The notes under the pieces: generated by a model
What the model was told of the DNA's origin: nothing
What the model saw: only the letters and a program-made list of their open reading frames with translations
The model's database searches: none
DNA from: the human T2T-CHM13v2.0 reference genome, Homo sapiens
Length of the DNA: 64,000 bases
Assembly: GCF_009914755.1 (NCBI RefSeq)
Contig: NC_060925.1
Reading direction: 5' to 3' (one strand)
Made by a program: the position numbers and the translations under genes
Shown: piece by piece, positions 18,528 through 36,031 of the stretch
Layout: every line of letters starts with the position of its first letter
Numbering within the stretch: the stretch's first letter is position 1

Positions 18528-18918
18528 TGTTGGAAACAAGTGCTTGATGTAGCCAAAAGAAACCCGCACTTAGACAGAAATTTTCTCAGCAAGGCACTTT
18601 TACTTCTGCAGAAGGGTGCTGCTTGCACCTATTACAAATGCAAGAGCACACCGAACAAAGGAAGGAAGGGGTTTTTAACCCTAACACAGTTCCTGTTTCT
18701 GTATCTTTTCCCTATTGGCTAGGGTTGGATTGCACAATCTAAGCTGATCCCAACTAGCCAAGGCTTAAACTTTTCCAAACAGGGTAAATGTGAGATTTGT
18801 GAAGGGGCGGGGTGGGTAAAGAAGAAATGGTTAGACTTAACAGAAGCGGGGGTAGGATTGTTTACAACTTATGACCAGGAAGTTGAGTCTTTGAAGAGGA
18901 ACTCAAGTCGTCCCAACA
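18528..18918 (-). repeat. Proviral 3' LTR (391 bp)
   Basis: Same termini as the 5' LTR; preceded on the minus strand by the polypurine tract AGAAGAGGGGAAAT (18919-18932). Confidence 0.92.
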
Positions 18919-18935
18919 ATTTCCCCTCTTCTGTC

Positions 18936-20934
18936 TTACAGTTCTTCATCTTCAGATTTCTTTAACAGGATCTGGCTTTGTTGTTCTTCTTGATTATCAA
19001 GGTGCGAGAGCTTATCTGAGTACGGAGGGGGAGAGGTTGGGGAGGTTTTTGTGAGAGCTGCTTCTATGAGCCTTTGGGTTAACCCACGAATACAAGGTAT
19101 GATACAGCAACCGACAAGGATGAGTACATCTTTAACAATTGCAAGGGAAGTAAAGATTGAGGTCATGAGTCCCTTCCATTTTCCAAACCACCTTTCCATT
19201 AGGCCTGTAAAGGGGTCGTCTATTCCAGAGTTTTTGGCTAATTGATTTGCTAGGGTGGTAAGGCCTTGTAAGGCTTTTATGATTGTCCCATCAGGGGCTG
19301 TATTATTAGGAATAAAAGTACAACACTGGACCGTGATCATGACATAGACTCTGCCTTTTTTGGCCAACACCATGTCAAGGGTTATTCTGTTTTCCCAGAC
19401 CATCTGGCTGATGGGGCCTAGTTTCAGCGATTCCTTTTATGGCATCTCTGGTATAATTGATGAATTGCTGCTGATTGTAGTATATGTGATTTATCCAGTC
19501 TACGTTTTTGTTTATAGTGGACCACCAGAATAAGATAGACTCGAACCTGGCGGCTATTTGGTTTTGAGCTTTGAATTCATTTGGTACCCTCCGCAGGACC
19601 CTGATGCTGTCTATGTAAACTTGAGGGTCAAAGGACCCATTTATTGGGGCTTCTTTTTTTCTTCTGGTTACCTGCTTCCTGATGAAATGCCATGGTGAAA
19701 GCCATGGCCAGTTGAATCAGAGCACAAGTGCCACTCCAGTTGCTTGGCAGTGTACCAAATATTGGTCCCCCACAATACCACCATACATCCTCTCGGGGAT
19801 GGACTAGGGCTGACTGATTGGTTATCTCTTGAAAAGGTTTAGGCCCACTACATCCCATCAGGTTTCCAAGGAATGTCAAATTTTCCCCTTGTTGTGAAAG
19901 ACACAAGGTAAAATTGGCATCGAGAGCTGGAAGTTGAATGGCCCTTGGGGGCTGTCCCATAGGGGTCCTGACCTTTGGGGAAAATAGTGAGTGAGTGGCA
20001 CATGACATGTTTCCCCAGGCTGTGGGGTGCTGGAAGAGAGCTACCATACAGTCTTTGCCTGATGGATTGGCCCATCCGAGTGGGAGGGGAACAGTTTGGG
20101 TTTCTGGCCTGCCTGTTGCACAAGCGTAACAATCTGTTTTATTTAGGGTGCGAATGGAATATTTAATCAATTCCAGCTAGGCATTTACATCTTGATAACT
20201 GGTTTCTATGGCTAGGGTTTGCTGTAAATCCTTAACTTCTACTATAGCTACTTTGGTTTTGTCAGTAGGCATGAAGCGAGAAATGGTTTGATTTTTGTGG
20301 TTTTGGGAAGCGGGTAATGGGGGGAGATGGAGGAGGAGGAGCAAACCTCATTTCAAAGATGCCTGTAGGGTCTTTTGCAGTGACATCTGCTCCTAGGCCA
20401 TAAAGGTGCTCTAAAGTGGGGATAGGGTCAGTGGAGGTGGGGATAGGAATAGAGAGAAGTACTGGGTTACACTGGTGGTTTTGGCAATTTGAGGGGGTGG
20501 TTCCTTTGGTGAAGTGGAGGTAGGGTTTTAGGGCGGTGCGACCCTCTGAGGAGGTCCAGCCCTGATATTTCGTGGTCCAGATAATATCTCCCCAACTATA
20601 ACATAACCCCTGGAAGGCTTGTGGTCGTTGATTGCAAGGGTCGGGGGTGGTGCTGGTTTTTCTGGGGATGGGGGGCAGAGGTACTTTTCTGAAGAAGCTA
20701 GCTGTCTTTGACTATGGAGGTTTCCACAGGGTATGACAAGACAGGCATCGAATGTAATTGTGGGGAGGGTGATCGGGTTACATTGATAATAAGGTGTCCT
20801 TGGGTAGCTAAAGGAAGAATAAAAAGACAGATTAAACCTTTTTGAATGTTAGTTTGGAGGGTATTGATCCTGGAATGATGGTCCATGACTTTGCAATGGT
20901 TGCGGCCCCTTTTAGCCCAGTGTGGTGGGTCCAT
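18936..20934 (-). pseudogene. ERV env remnant
   Basis: Signal-like GLICLFILPLATQG, SU CxxC (CYAC), basic furin-type KKKR, immunosuppressive-domain-like ENRITLDMVLA, degenerate CX6CC (YVMITVQCC), hydrophobic anchor; frameshifted. Confidence 0.88.
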
Positions 20935-20939
20935 GCTTT

Positions 20940-21251
20940 TTTGGCCGTTCAGATTGCTGTCTCAGTGGTTAGGAGTATTAGATAAGGAGTATTAGATAAG
21001 GTCCTTCCCAGGTTGGTTCAAGCTTTCCTTCTTTCCAACATATGATAAGGACGTGATCTCTGGGCTGGTGTCGGTGAATTGGGAATTCGAGGGGTGGAGT
21101 TTGCGCTAGGAGGCCTTGAGTCCTGAGGGAGGAAAGGGTGGAAGACAGACCAAATATATATATTTTTAGAAACTGATCTTTTGTTTCAAATGTGGGAAGG
21201 TCAGTAGTGGAATTTAGATAAGGCAGCCCATAGAGCATTTCAGGCCAAGAT

Positions 21252-21306
<55 letters not shown>

Positions 21307-24300
21307 CAGAGTCTTACTCTGTCGCCCGGGCTGGAGTGCAGTGATCTTGGCTCACTGCAACCTGCACCTCCCAGGTTCAAGCAATTCTCCTGCCTTGGCC
21401 TCCTGAGTAGCTGGGACTACAGGCACCAGCCACCACGCCCGGCTAATTTTTGTATTTTTAGTAGAGACGGGGTTTCACCATATTGGCCAGGCTGGTCTCG
21501 AACTCCTGACCTTGTGATCCACCCTCCTTGGCCTCCCAAAGTGCTGGGATTACAGGTGTGAGCCACCACACCCTGCCAGGCCAAGATCTTTTTGAGGGGC
21601 AGTTTGGATTCTTAGTAAGGCAATGGGAAGGCATTTTGTCCATGGTAACTGGATTTCCAAGATTAATTTGGTTAGGTGATTTTTTAGAGTTTGATTAATT
21701 CTTTCTACCCTCCCTGATGAAGGTGGATGCCAGGGAGTATGATATTCCCATTTTATTCCTAGTGCTTGGGTTAGCCCCTTAATGATGTGTGCAGTGAAGT
21801 GAGTCTCATTGTCTGAATCAGTGTTCTCTATTAGTCCAAACCTGGATATGATATGTTCCAACAGTGCTTTGACTACATTACTGGCAGTTGTGCTTGGGAA
21901 GGGTATGGCTTCTACCCAGTGGGTGAGATGGTCTACTATGACTAGTAAATACTTGAGGCAGCCGATTGGGGGCATTTCAGTTTAATCAACTTGGATGCTT
22001 TGGAATGGCCTTAACCCTGGGTTTCTTCCCGTGGGAGGCTGCTTCTTTAGGGTTTCCTTACTAGTTTTTCTGCACATGATGCAACCATCTTCCACTTGCC
22101 TAGTACTCTATACACCCATAGACTCTGAGGGCTACATTGCACATAGCTTGAGGACCCCAGTGAGTTCCTGGATGAAGCTGTGACAATATTTCCCTCATGA
22201 GGGGCTTAGACAGCATTTCCCTTCCATCTGGTAATGCCTGCTTTCCCTCTGGGCTCTCCTGAGCTCCTATTTTCTTTAGAGAAAGGTCTACGTGGGAGAA
22301 GATGGGGATCGCAGCTGGAGGGGGAAACAAAGGGATAGATGGAAAATGGGTGCCTTTTCGGAAGAGGCAGCTTGCTTAGCTGTTTGATCTGCAAGGTTAT
22401 TTCCCTGGCTTTCAAAAGATGGATTCTTTTGGTGTCCTGGGACATGGACAACTGCAATTTCTTCTGGCAGCTGAAGATTTTCTAATACTTGCAAAATTAA
22501 TTTTTTGTGGACCAAATCTTGGCCCTTACTATTGATGAAGCCTCGTTCAGTCCAGATTTTTCCAAAGGTATGGACTACTCTGAAGGCATACTTGGAGTCA
22601 GTGTAAATAGTTCCTTCTTGATTCTGCAGGGATTTTAAGGCTTGGTTTAATGCAAAGAATTCACAGTTTGGGCAGACCAGTTATTTGGCAGTCTTCCTGA
22701 CTCTACCTCTGTGAGGATTTCCCCATCAACTGTGGAGTACCTGTTGTACCTTTTTCCTTCAATGATCCGGGGGGAACCATCTGTAAAGAGGTGATGCCCT
22801 GTTTGGAAAGGGGTTTTGCTTAGATCCAGTCTGACTCTAGTTTGAGAACTGATTAGATCTAAGCATTTATGCGTAGATTCTTCTGGGTTTGGATTTCCTG
22901 TTAGGAAAGCAGCGGGGTTGAGTGAATTGTCAGTGGTTAGTGTTAGGTCATCCCTCTCTAATAAGATAACTTCATATTTTAAAATTCTTGAGTCAGTAAG
23001 CCATCTCTCTGCCTTCTGATTAAGAATAGTTCTGACTTGATGAGGGGTACTTATGATGAGGTTTCCCCCAAAGGTTATTTTCCTGCTTTCTTCTGTTAGC
23101 AAGGCAGTTGCTGCTATGGATTGGACACATTCGGGCCATCCACGGGTTACGGGGTCAAGGATTTTTGACAGGAAGGCTACGGGCCATTGGTGGCCTCCGT
23201 GTTTGTGGGTGAGTACTCCTAAGGCCACTCCTTTGCTTATATTAACAAAAAGGTGGAATGGCTGTTCTAAGGAGGGCAAGGCCAGAATGGGGGCTGTTAC
23301 AAGTAGGTGTTTTATTTCTTCTACCTGTTGGATCTCTGATGGGGTCCAGAGGAGGGTTTACAGGGTCTGGTCTTTCTTGAGTGAGTTTTTGATATAGGGG
23401 CTTTGTTTTTAAGGCATAAGAGTTAATCCACAGATGACAATATCCAACCAATCCTGAGAATTTCCTAAGTTCCTGCTTTGTTTCAGGTAAAGGCAAAGAT
23501 ACCATACCTTCAATTTGTTTGGGTCCTATCTTTCGTTTGCCTTTACTGATTAGGTGTCCTAGGTATTTCACCTCAGGTTCTACGAATTGGAGTTTATTCT
23601 TTGAGACCTGTAACCCTTGTTCCCTTAGGAAATTTAGGAAGTTAACTGAAATTGCTGTTACTTGATCCTTGTTATCTCCTGAGATGAGCAGGTCATCCAC
23701 ATATTGGAGAAGGCATATGGATGAAGGCAGGGAGAAATTTTCTAGAACTTGTTCTAATATTTGACCAAATAGATCTGGGGACTCTGTGAACCCTTGGGGC
23801 AAGACTGTCCATCAGTACTGTTGTTTTCTATCAGAGTCAGGGTCCTCCTACTCAAAGGCAAACATGTCCCGACTATCTTCTGCTGAAGGGCAAGCCCAAA
23901 AGGCATCTTTTAAATCTATCACCATGAACCATTGGTGGTTGTATGGGATTCTACTGACAATGGTGTAAGGATTGGGAACAACAGGGTGGGCGGTTTGAAC
24001 TATTTGATTAATAGCCTGGAGGTCTTGCACTAGCTGGGATGACCTGTCTGGCTTCCTTACAGGCAATATTGGAGTGTTATAAGGGGGCATACAGGGTTCA
24101 AGGAGTCCATCGTGGACAAGGCTTTCAATTATATGTTTTAAACCTATCCTGGCTTCCAAGGGAATAGGGTATTGTTTTGTTTTTACTGCTTCCCTGGTAG
24201 TTTTTAATTTGGCATGGATTGGAGGAACCTGTAGCTTTCCTCGATTTCCTTCCTTTGACCATATGTCGGGATGGATTTGGCTTTCTTCCGAAGTGGTGAC

Positions 24301-24665
24301 CAGGTTTAAGGAAGTAAGTTTTCCCTGATTAACGTATAGGCCTATGCCTAACCTTAACATTAAGTCCCTTCCTAATAAATTAGTTCCTGCTTTGGGAATT
24401 AATAAGAACTTAGTAGTGGCCGACTTATTCTTATATTTGACTTTGGTTTCCTCTAGAATTTTTGCCCTGAATCCTTCCCCTATAAACCCTGAGACAGTAT
24501 GGTTTTCTGCTGAAAATGCTAAGCCTGATGGGAGAAAACATAGGGAAAGCGAGCTGCTCCTGAATCGACTAAGAAAGTGACTATCTCTGATTTGGGTCCC
24601 ACCATTAAATTTATCAGGGGCTCTTGGTGGGACTCAAGATGGAAGATGTAGAGTACCTGACCCCG
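20940..24665 (-). pseudogene. ERV pro-pol remnant (protease, RT, RNase H, integrase)
   Basis: FLVDSGA protease motif near 24560; PQGF and YVDD (ORF 23242-23802); FTDGS RNase H (ORF 22647-23279); integrase core (ORF 21550-21975); WEGPY motif (ORF 20978-21238). Broken into many frames. Confidence 0.92.
21257..21577 (-). mobile_element. AluS inserted in the proviral integrase, tail replaced by (TG)25
   Basis: AGGCCAAGATCTTTT TSD at 21242-21256 and 21578-21592; TG repeat at 21256-21305. Confidence 0.92.
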
Positions 24666-26301
24666 CTATTCTTCTTCAAATGTCATGAGTGGAAGGACTT
24701 TCTTTTCCCTCTCCCATTCAGGACATTCCCTCTTAAAATGTCCTGGCTTTCCACACTAGAAACATCTGTTTTCCCTTCTCCCCCTCCCTGTTCCCTGACT
24801 CTCAGGTTTCATCCCTTTGCTTCCTGTATAGGGGTCAGACAGCCAGGTGCTTAGAAGGTCTACAAGTTCTATTCTCCTGGGCTCCCTGTTGAAGAGTTCC
24901 CTGTTGTAGGGTGGACAGGCATAATCTTTGCCTTTTGCTTCTGCCTTTCCTCATCCCTCTCTACATACACCTTTTGGGCCTCTTAAAAGTTCCTCTATGG
25001 GATGGTCTTTCCAATTTTCTATCTTTTGTATTTTTTTTGTAATGTCTGGCCAACTATTGGTGACAAAGTGGAGCTTTAACATTCCTTGTCCCAGTGGGTC
25101 CTCTATGTCTAAACCTGCATATTTTCTTATCTGTTCCTTAAGTCTAAGAATTCTATGGGCCTTTCATCTTTCCCTTGTTGTACATTAAATGCTCAGGAAA
25201 CATTAGGGTTCAAGGAGCTGATTCCCAAATCCCTTTAATTATCATGTCCCTGAGATCTCTCATGTTTTCTCAGTGGGCTTCATTATTGTTATCCCACTGA
25301 GGGTCCTGGGCCAGGAATTTATGCTCTGCTGCAAGGACATTTTGAACAGGAGGGTGTTTGCGCTCCCAGACTATCATGGCAGCCCTGAAGATCATGGTTC
25401 TTTCCTTTCCTGAGAAGAGAATAACTAGGATAGACATTAATTCAGCCCAAGTGTACAGTTGTGGCTCCAGAGACTGTCCAGTTTGATCTGCGATTCCAAA
25501 AGGGTCGTCTAACAGTGGTTTGAGTTCCTTTTTTAGATTTCTAACCTCTGAACTAGTTAAGGGGGCATTTACAAAGCCAATATCCCCTCCTCCTAGTGGT
25601 ACTTCCCTTAAGGGAAAAAGGGTTGGGGTAGACTTCTTTGAGGAAGGGAGGAAAGGAAAGTTTTGGATATCCCTTTGGCATTGTCTATTTCCCATTGGAG
25701 CTTTCCTGAGGAAGGGGCATGTTCAGGTGGCTGTCCAGCGGGGATGTGGGGTGGCATGGCCCATGGGGCAGGGTTATATGGGAGAGGAACTGAGTGTTCA
25801 GCTTGGGGTGGAGGGGTAGGGAGGGGAAGGACTGAGTGTTCCACTTAGGGTGGAGGGGTAGGCAGGGGAAGGTGGTCTAGAGGATCCCATGCATCTTTAG
25901 ATACAGAATTTGACTTAGGTAGGTCGTCTTTGGGAGGTATTGAATTTGGCTTTGCTTTCTCATCCTTTAGGGGATAGAGAAGGACAGGTCTTTTTCTCCA
26001 ACATAGAGCATCATCTGTCTCCTCTTGAGAAACTGGACTTTTATCATTGACTTACTGGATCAGGAGTTGACATATCCAGTCCTCATTTTACCCAAACTCT
26101 GGCCAAAAGACTGAAGGTCTGAGGGTGGGTTCCTTAGTCCAAATAAAAACAGCAATACTTTATCATACGCTGTCTTTTCTTGTGTTTTGTCCTTTCATTA
26201 TCCTTCCAGTATTTTAACATAAGGCATAGGGGACTGTCAGGGGGAATTTTATTGTCTGCTTGGCCTTTTATAGTCCCTGTCTTACTTGGGGTATTTCCCA
26301 T
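24666..26301 (-). pseudogene. ERV gag remnant (frameshifts and stops)
   Basis: MGNTPSK myristoylation-type start; capsid-like fragment in track ORF 25270-25695; CCHC knuckle read as CF*CGKPGHFKREC near 24725-24765; ends EEE-TAG, the gamma-type gag/pol readthrough position. Confidence 0.85.
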
Positions 26302-26850
26302 CCTGGCGGTTGGTGAGGCTAAATGTCTCGTATTAGAGATTTCTTGCACTCCCGTGTCCTAGAGGCTGAACCTCCCCTTTTCCCACTGGAGGTTTCTTGC
26401 ACTCTTGTGAGCACCCACTTTGTCCTTATTGGCTGCTTCCCTCGTGAGAATTTTAGGTTCCTCTTAGTATTGGTGGGTTGGTGTAATCCCCTGACTGGAA
26501 AACTGCCCTAAGACCTACAAGGTGACCACAGAACCGAGTCCGGACTCCACACTCGCTTCGCACCCAATGGCGTGTCTCACTCACACACTTTCAACCTACA
26601 GAGATCCCAACCACCAAGGAATACTTTGTTGCCCCAATAGTGACGTTTCTTACCTTGGTCTATGCACAGAGTTATCTGGTCACTGAGGAATTCTTAGGGA
26701 TCCTCCCTATAGCCCATGTTGCTGAGAGTCCGGATTTATTCGTCACTTTGGGCGAGATTCGATCCTCCACTCCTGGGGCCACCACAACGAGGCAGTGGGA
26801 TGCGTCTCCCCATGAAAGATAATCACTAGCCCCTCCCAAAGGAGAATGGG

Positions 26851-26868
26851 ATCCTGGACAAGCCCCCA
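26851..26868 (-). promoter_or_regulatory. Primer-binding site, tRNA-Pro type
   Basis: Minus strand reads TGGGGGCTTGTCCAGGAT; 16/18 match to the canonical PBS-Pro TGGGGGCTCGTCCGGGAT, both differences being CpG-decay transitions. Confidence 0.9.
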
Positions 26869-26872
26869 GATT

Positions 26873-27249
26873 TGTTGGAAACAAGTGCTCAGTGTAGTGA
26901 AAAGAAACCCGCATTTAGAAGTTTTCTCAGCAAGGAACTTTACTTCTGCCGAAGGGTGCTGCTTATGCCTGTTACAAATACAAGAGCACACCAAACGAAG
27001 GAAGGGGTTTTTAACCCTAACACAGTTCCTGTTTCTGTGTCTTTCCCATGTTGGATGGGTCGGACTGCACAATCTAAGCTGATCCCGATTGGCCAAGGCT
27101 TAAACTTTTCCAAATAGGGTAAAAGTGTGATTTGTGAAGGGGTGGCGGTAAAGAAGAAACAGTTAGGCTTAACAGAAGAAGGGGTAGGATTGTTTACAAC
27201 TTATGACCAGGAAGTTGAGTCTTTGAAGAGGAACTAAATTGTCCCAACA
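26873..27249 (-). repeat. Proviral 5' LTR (377 bp)
   Basis: TGTTGG...CCCAACA termini; homologous to 18528-18918; adjacent to the PBS. Confidence 0.92.
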
Positions 27250-27318
27250 TCTGGGACAGGTCTCAGTTTATTTAGAAAGTTTATTTTGCCAAGGTTGAGG
27301 ACACCCAAGAGGTCCTGA

Positions 27319-28174
<856 letters not shown>

Positions 28175-31100
28175 TCAGAGCACAACTTGGTTTTATACAT
28201 TTTAGGGAGACATGAGACATCAATCAACATATGTAAGATGAACATTGGTTCTGTCCGGAAAGGCGGGACAATTCAAAGCAAAGGCAGGACTACTGGAAGC
28301 AGGGAGTGGGCTTCCAGATCATAGGTAGATAAAAGACAAATGATTGCATTCTTTTGAATTTCTGATTAGCCTCTCCAAAGGAGGCAACAGATGTGCATTT
28401 ATCTCATTGAGCAGAAGGGTAACTTTGAATAGAATGGGAGGGATGTTTGCCCTAAGCAGTTCCCAGCTTGACTTTTCCCTTTAGCTTAGTGATTTTGGGG
28501 CCCCAAGATTTTCCTTTCAGAAGGGGTAGAAAATGGTGGAGGGTATATAGGTGAGAAAGGTTACAAAAACTGATTACACTACTCACTAATGGAATGTTGC
28601 ATACTCTGGTTGAGTTATCTGACTTTTCCATGTAAGCTGTAAGGAAAGGCATGGTGGGACCAGCAGTGTTTAATAGGAAACTGAGCCACTTTTCTCTTCA
28701 GTTGAGGGTGGAGCAGAGGTACTTGGCAGCAATGCCTTCTTCACCAAAACTCTGAGTCTGCAGTTGGCAAGCTATTTCTCCTCCTTTAGCCTTTTCACAT
28801 GGGAGTGTGAGAAGATAGTGCCCTCTTTTCTGCCTTCACTTGCCAAAATCTCATCCTTCAGGCGTTGCCTCTTTAGGAAGTTTCCACCCATTGTAGCAAA
28901 AACTATCAGTTATCCACCAAAGTCACCAAAATCCATTTTTCCCTTCTGTAGTAGCCACAGCTGTGATGTCACAGTCCAATCAGCCTTTGCAGCTGTGTAT
29001 TCACCATCACAGTTAAGATACAGCATAATTCTATCACCACAGAGATCCTTATTGCTACTCCTTTGTAGTTGCATGTACCCTCTCCCCTGACTATCCAATA
29101 TTTAATGACTTTTTAAAGTTAAAAACACTGTTAAAACTCATAGGAAGAGCTGGGTTAGCATAAAGGCAAACCCTAGTATGTTCCTGGATGAGAAGACTTA
29201 ATATCATTCTTTCTCCTGAGTGAGGACTAGGTTAGGAATTCTAATTTCTCATGGTTTATTTTATTGGCACTCTATTCCATCCTGCTCCATTGCTGAGTCT
29301 TGGGACCATGGAGGGGACTTTTTCTGTAGCTCCTGGCTTCATGTAGAAAGCTCAGTTTAGCCCCTCTGGTGCATAAATTTCTATGTTTGCAGCCAGTAAT
29401 TCTTATTCTTCCTGCTACCTTTCAAAACCCAGGCTTAAAGGTTGCTGTCTAGTTTTGATACTCCTATGGACTGCCACTCTTCAGTTCCTGCTTTCCTTCT
29501 AGGTTTATGGCATCTGTGTATTTCCCTTTCTTGCTTTTGAATTTGACTGTTTAAACTCTTTTAAAATATTTTATTTAGAATTTTTTTATTTATTTATTTT
29601 TGAGACAGGGTCTCACTCTGTTGCTGAGGCTAGAGTGCAGTGCCACCATCATGGCCCACTGCAACCTCCGTCTCCTGAGCTGAAGCAATCTTCCTGCCTC
29701 AGCCTCATGAGTAGCTGGGATTACAGGCATGTGTCACCACACCCAGCGAATTTTTAAAATTTTCTGTAGATACGGAGTCTCACTATGTTGTCCAGGCTGA
29801 TCTCAAACTCTTGGCCTCAAGCGATCTCACACCTTGGCCTCCCAAAGTGCTAAACTCTTTAAAATAATTAGTTTTGTCTAGAATTTTTTTATTTAGAGTA
29901 GGAAGGAATGTTTACCACCCATCAGCTCAGTGTGCCCTTTTTTCTTTTAAGAAATCTTAAGCCTGCAGAAAAATGGAAAGACTAGAACAATTAAGACCCA
30001 TATATCCTTCAGCTAGAGTTATCAGTTTTTACCATTTTGTCCCTTTTGCACACCTTTCTTCCCTTCCCACACATATACTCTCACATCATTTAAAAGTTAG
30101 TTGCAGACAACACAACACTTCTTCCCTAAACACTTCAGCAGGCATCTCCTAAGAGAACAAGTAAGGGCATTCCCCTACAAAATCAGAATGCCATTATCAC
30201 ATCTAAGAAAATGATAATTAATTCAATGTGTCACCCAATGTATCGTCCATATCCAAATTTCTTCTGAGATTGTTCTCAAAATGTTAATTTATGCTGTGTG
30301 TGTGTATATGTGTGTTTTCTTGATCCAGAATCAAGTCAGTGCCTGACACTTGGTTATTTAATATTTTGTCTGTTCTAGTTGAGAATAATCTTTTTTCCTT
30401 TTTTTTTTTTTAAAGACGAGGTCTTGCTCTGTCACCTAGGCTAGAATGCAGTGGTGCAGTCATAGCTCACTGTAACCTCGAACTCCTGGGCTTAAGCGAT
30501 TCTCCTACCTCAACCTCTTGAGTAGCTGCACCACCACACCTGGCTAATTTTTATTTTTATTTTTGTTGATGTTGCCCAGGCTGCTCTTGAACTTCTGGGC
30601 TCAAGCGATCCAATCCTCCACCTCAGCCTACCAAAGTACTGGGATTACAGATGTGAGCCACTGCGCCTAGCCACATATAATATTTTGGAAAGTTCAGATC
30701 AGATACAGAATGTCTCACATTCTAGATTTGTCTTATTGTCTCCTCATGATTAAATCGGCTAAATGTTTTGGCAAGAATACTGTATAGGTGATGTTTTATA
30801 TTTTTCATTGCATCATATTGGAAAGTGCATAATGTCAGCTTGTTAAACTGTTGTGGTGGTACTGAGTTAAATCATTTGGCTAAGGTGATGATTTCTATAT
30901 CTCTTCATTGTAAACATACATTTCCTTCTTTGAAATTAGTGATTTACCTGTGGAATGATAATGTGAGGTACTGTGAATAGTTTCTTCCCCAATAATAATT
31001 TACTTAATAGTTTAGCATCCATTTTTGATGCTTGTTTGAATCAGTTATCGTAACTGGAATTCAGTACAACTTATTGACCAGCTGCTTATACACTGTTCAT

Positions 31101-31313
31101 TTATTCATTCTGCAGTTATTAATTGAAATAGATACCACATTAGCACATCAGGCTCTATGTGAATCACCAGGAATACATGGTGAACACAGTCTGGTGGGTG
31201 CCCTTGTGGTGCCTACAGTCTGGTGGGAGAGATTGACAAATAATCACACTGATGTGTATTTATAGATGGTGATAAATATTTTAAGGACCAAGAATGGGGT
31301 GCCATGAGGGATT

Positions 31314-32170
<857 letters not shown>

Positions 32171-32721
32171 GTCCCCTTATAAGGGGAGCCATCACCTTTT
32201 CTGGGGGTTCACATAACACTTGCCTTTGAAAGTGATATTTGAGCAAAGAGATCAAATGAAGAATGATGAACTTAAATAACCTCTTGAACTTCTGTACTAG
32301 TTATTCTGTAGCACTTATCTGTTAATTTTATCTGACAGGTTAATCACTTGCTGTCTCCTGTGCTGTTATTAAAATCATTTATTATTTAAATTTTCTTACT
32401 TAGCCTTGTTTACTGTTGACTAAATTATAAGCTTTATAATGTTAGGGATGATATCTGAGACTTGATTACAGTATAGATGCATATAGTAGATGCAGTAGGT
32501 AAATATGTTAATCTGATTATTTGTTTACTAATATTTTTATAATGACCATAAAATGCTGTTAAATATTGTAGGTGTATATTGAATGTGTCAGATTGTGTGT
32601 TGTGAGAAATTTCATTTGCTCTTAGCATTAGTAGACATTAAATGTGCAACCTATCTGAAATGGCATGCATATAAAAATGATTTTGACCTATAAATAATTA
32701 GACAACAAAGATAGATATTTA

Positions 32722-36031
<3,310 letters not shown>

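Larger units (their letters stand above)
18528..27249 (-). mobile_element. Full-length defective class I (gamma-like) endogenous retrovirus, HERV-IP10/LTR10-like
   Basis: Two related TG...CA LTRs, TCTG target-site duplication (18524-18527 and 27250-27253), PBS, PPT, and gag-pro-pol-env remnants in order on the minus strand. Confidence 0.93.

Noticed and set aside
18528-27249. Replication-competent or domesticated ERV gene
   Set aside because: gag, pol and env all carry stops or frameshifts, and an Alu interrupts the integrase.
28764-29090. 108-aa ORF in apparently non-Alu sequence
   Set aside because: TTG start, no recognisable motif and no convincing splice signals; probably decayed repeat.
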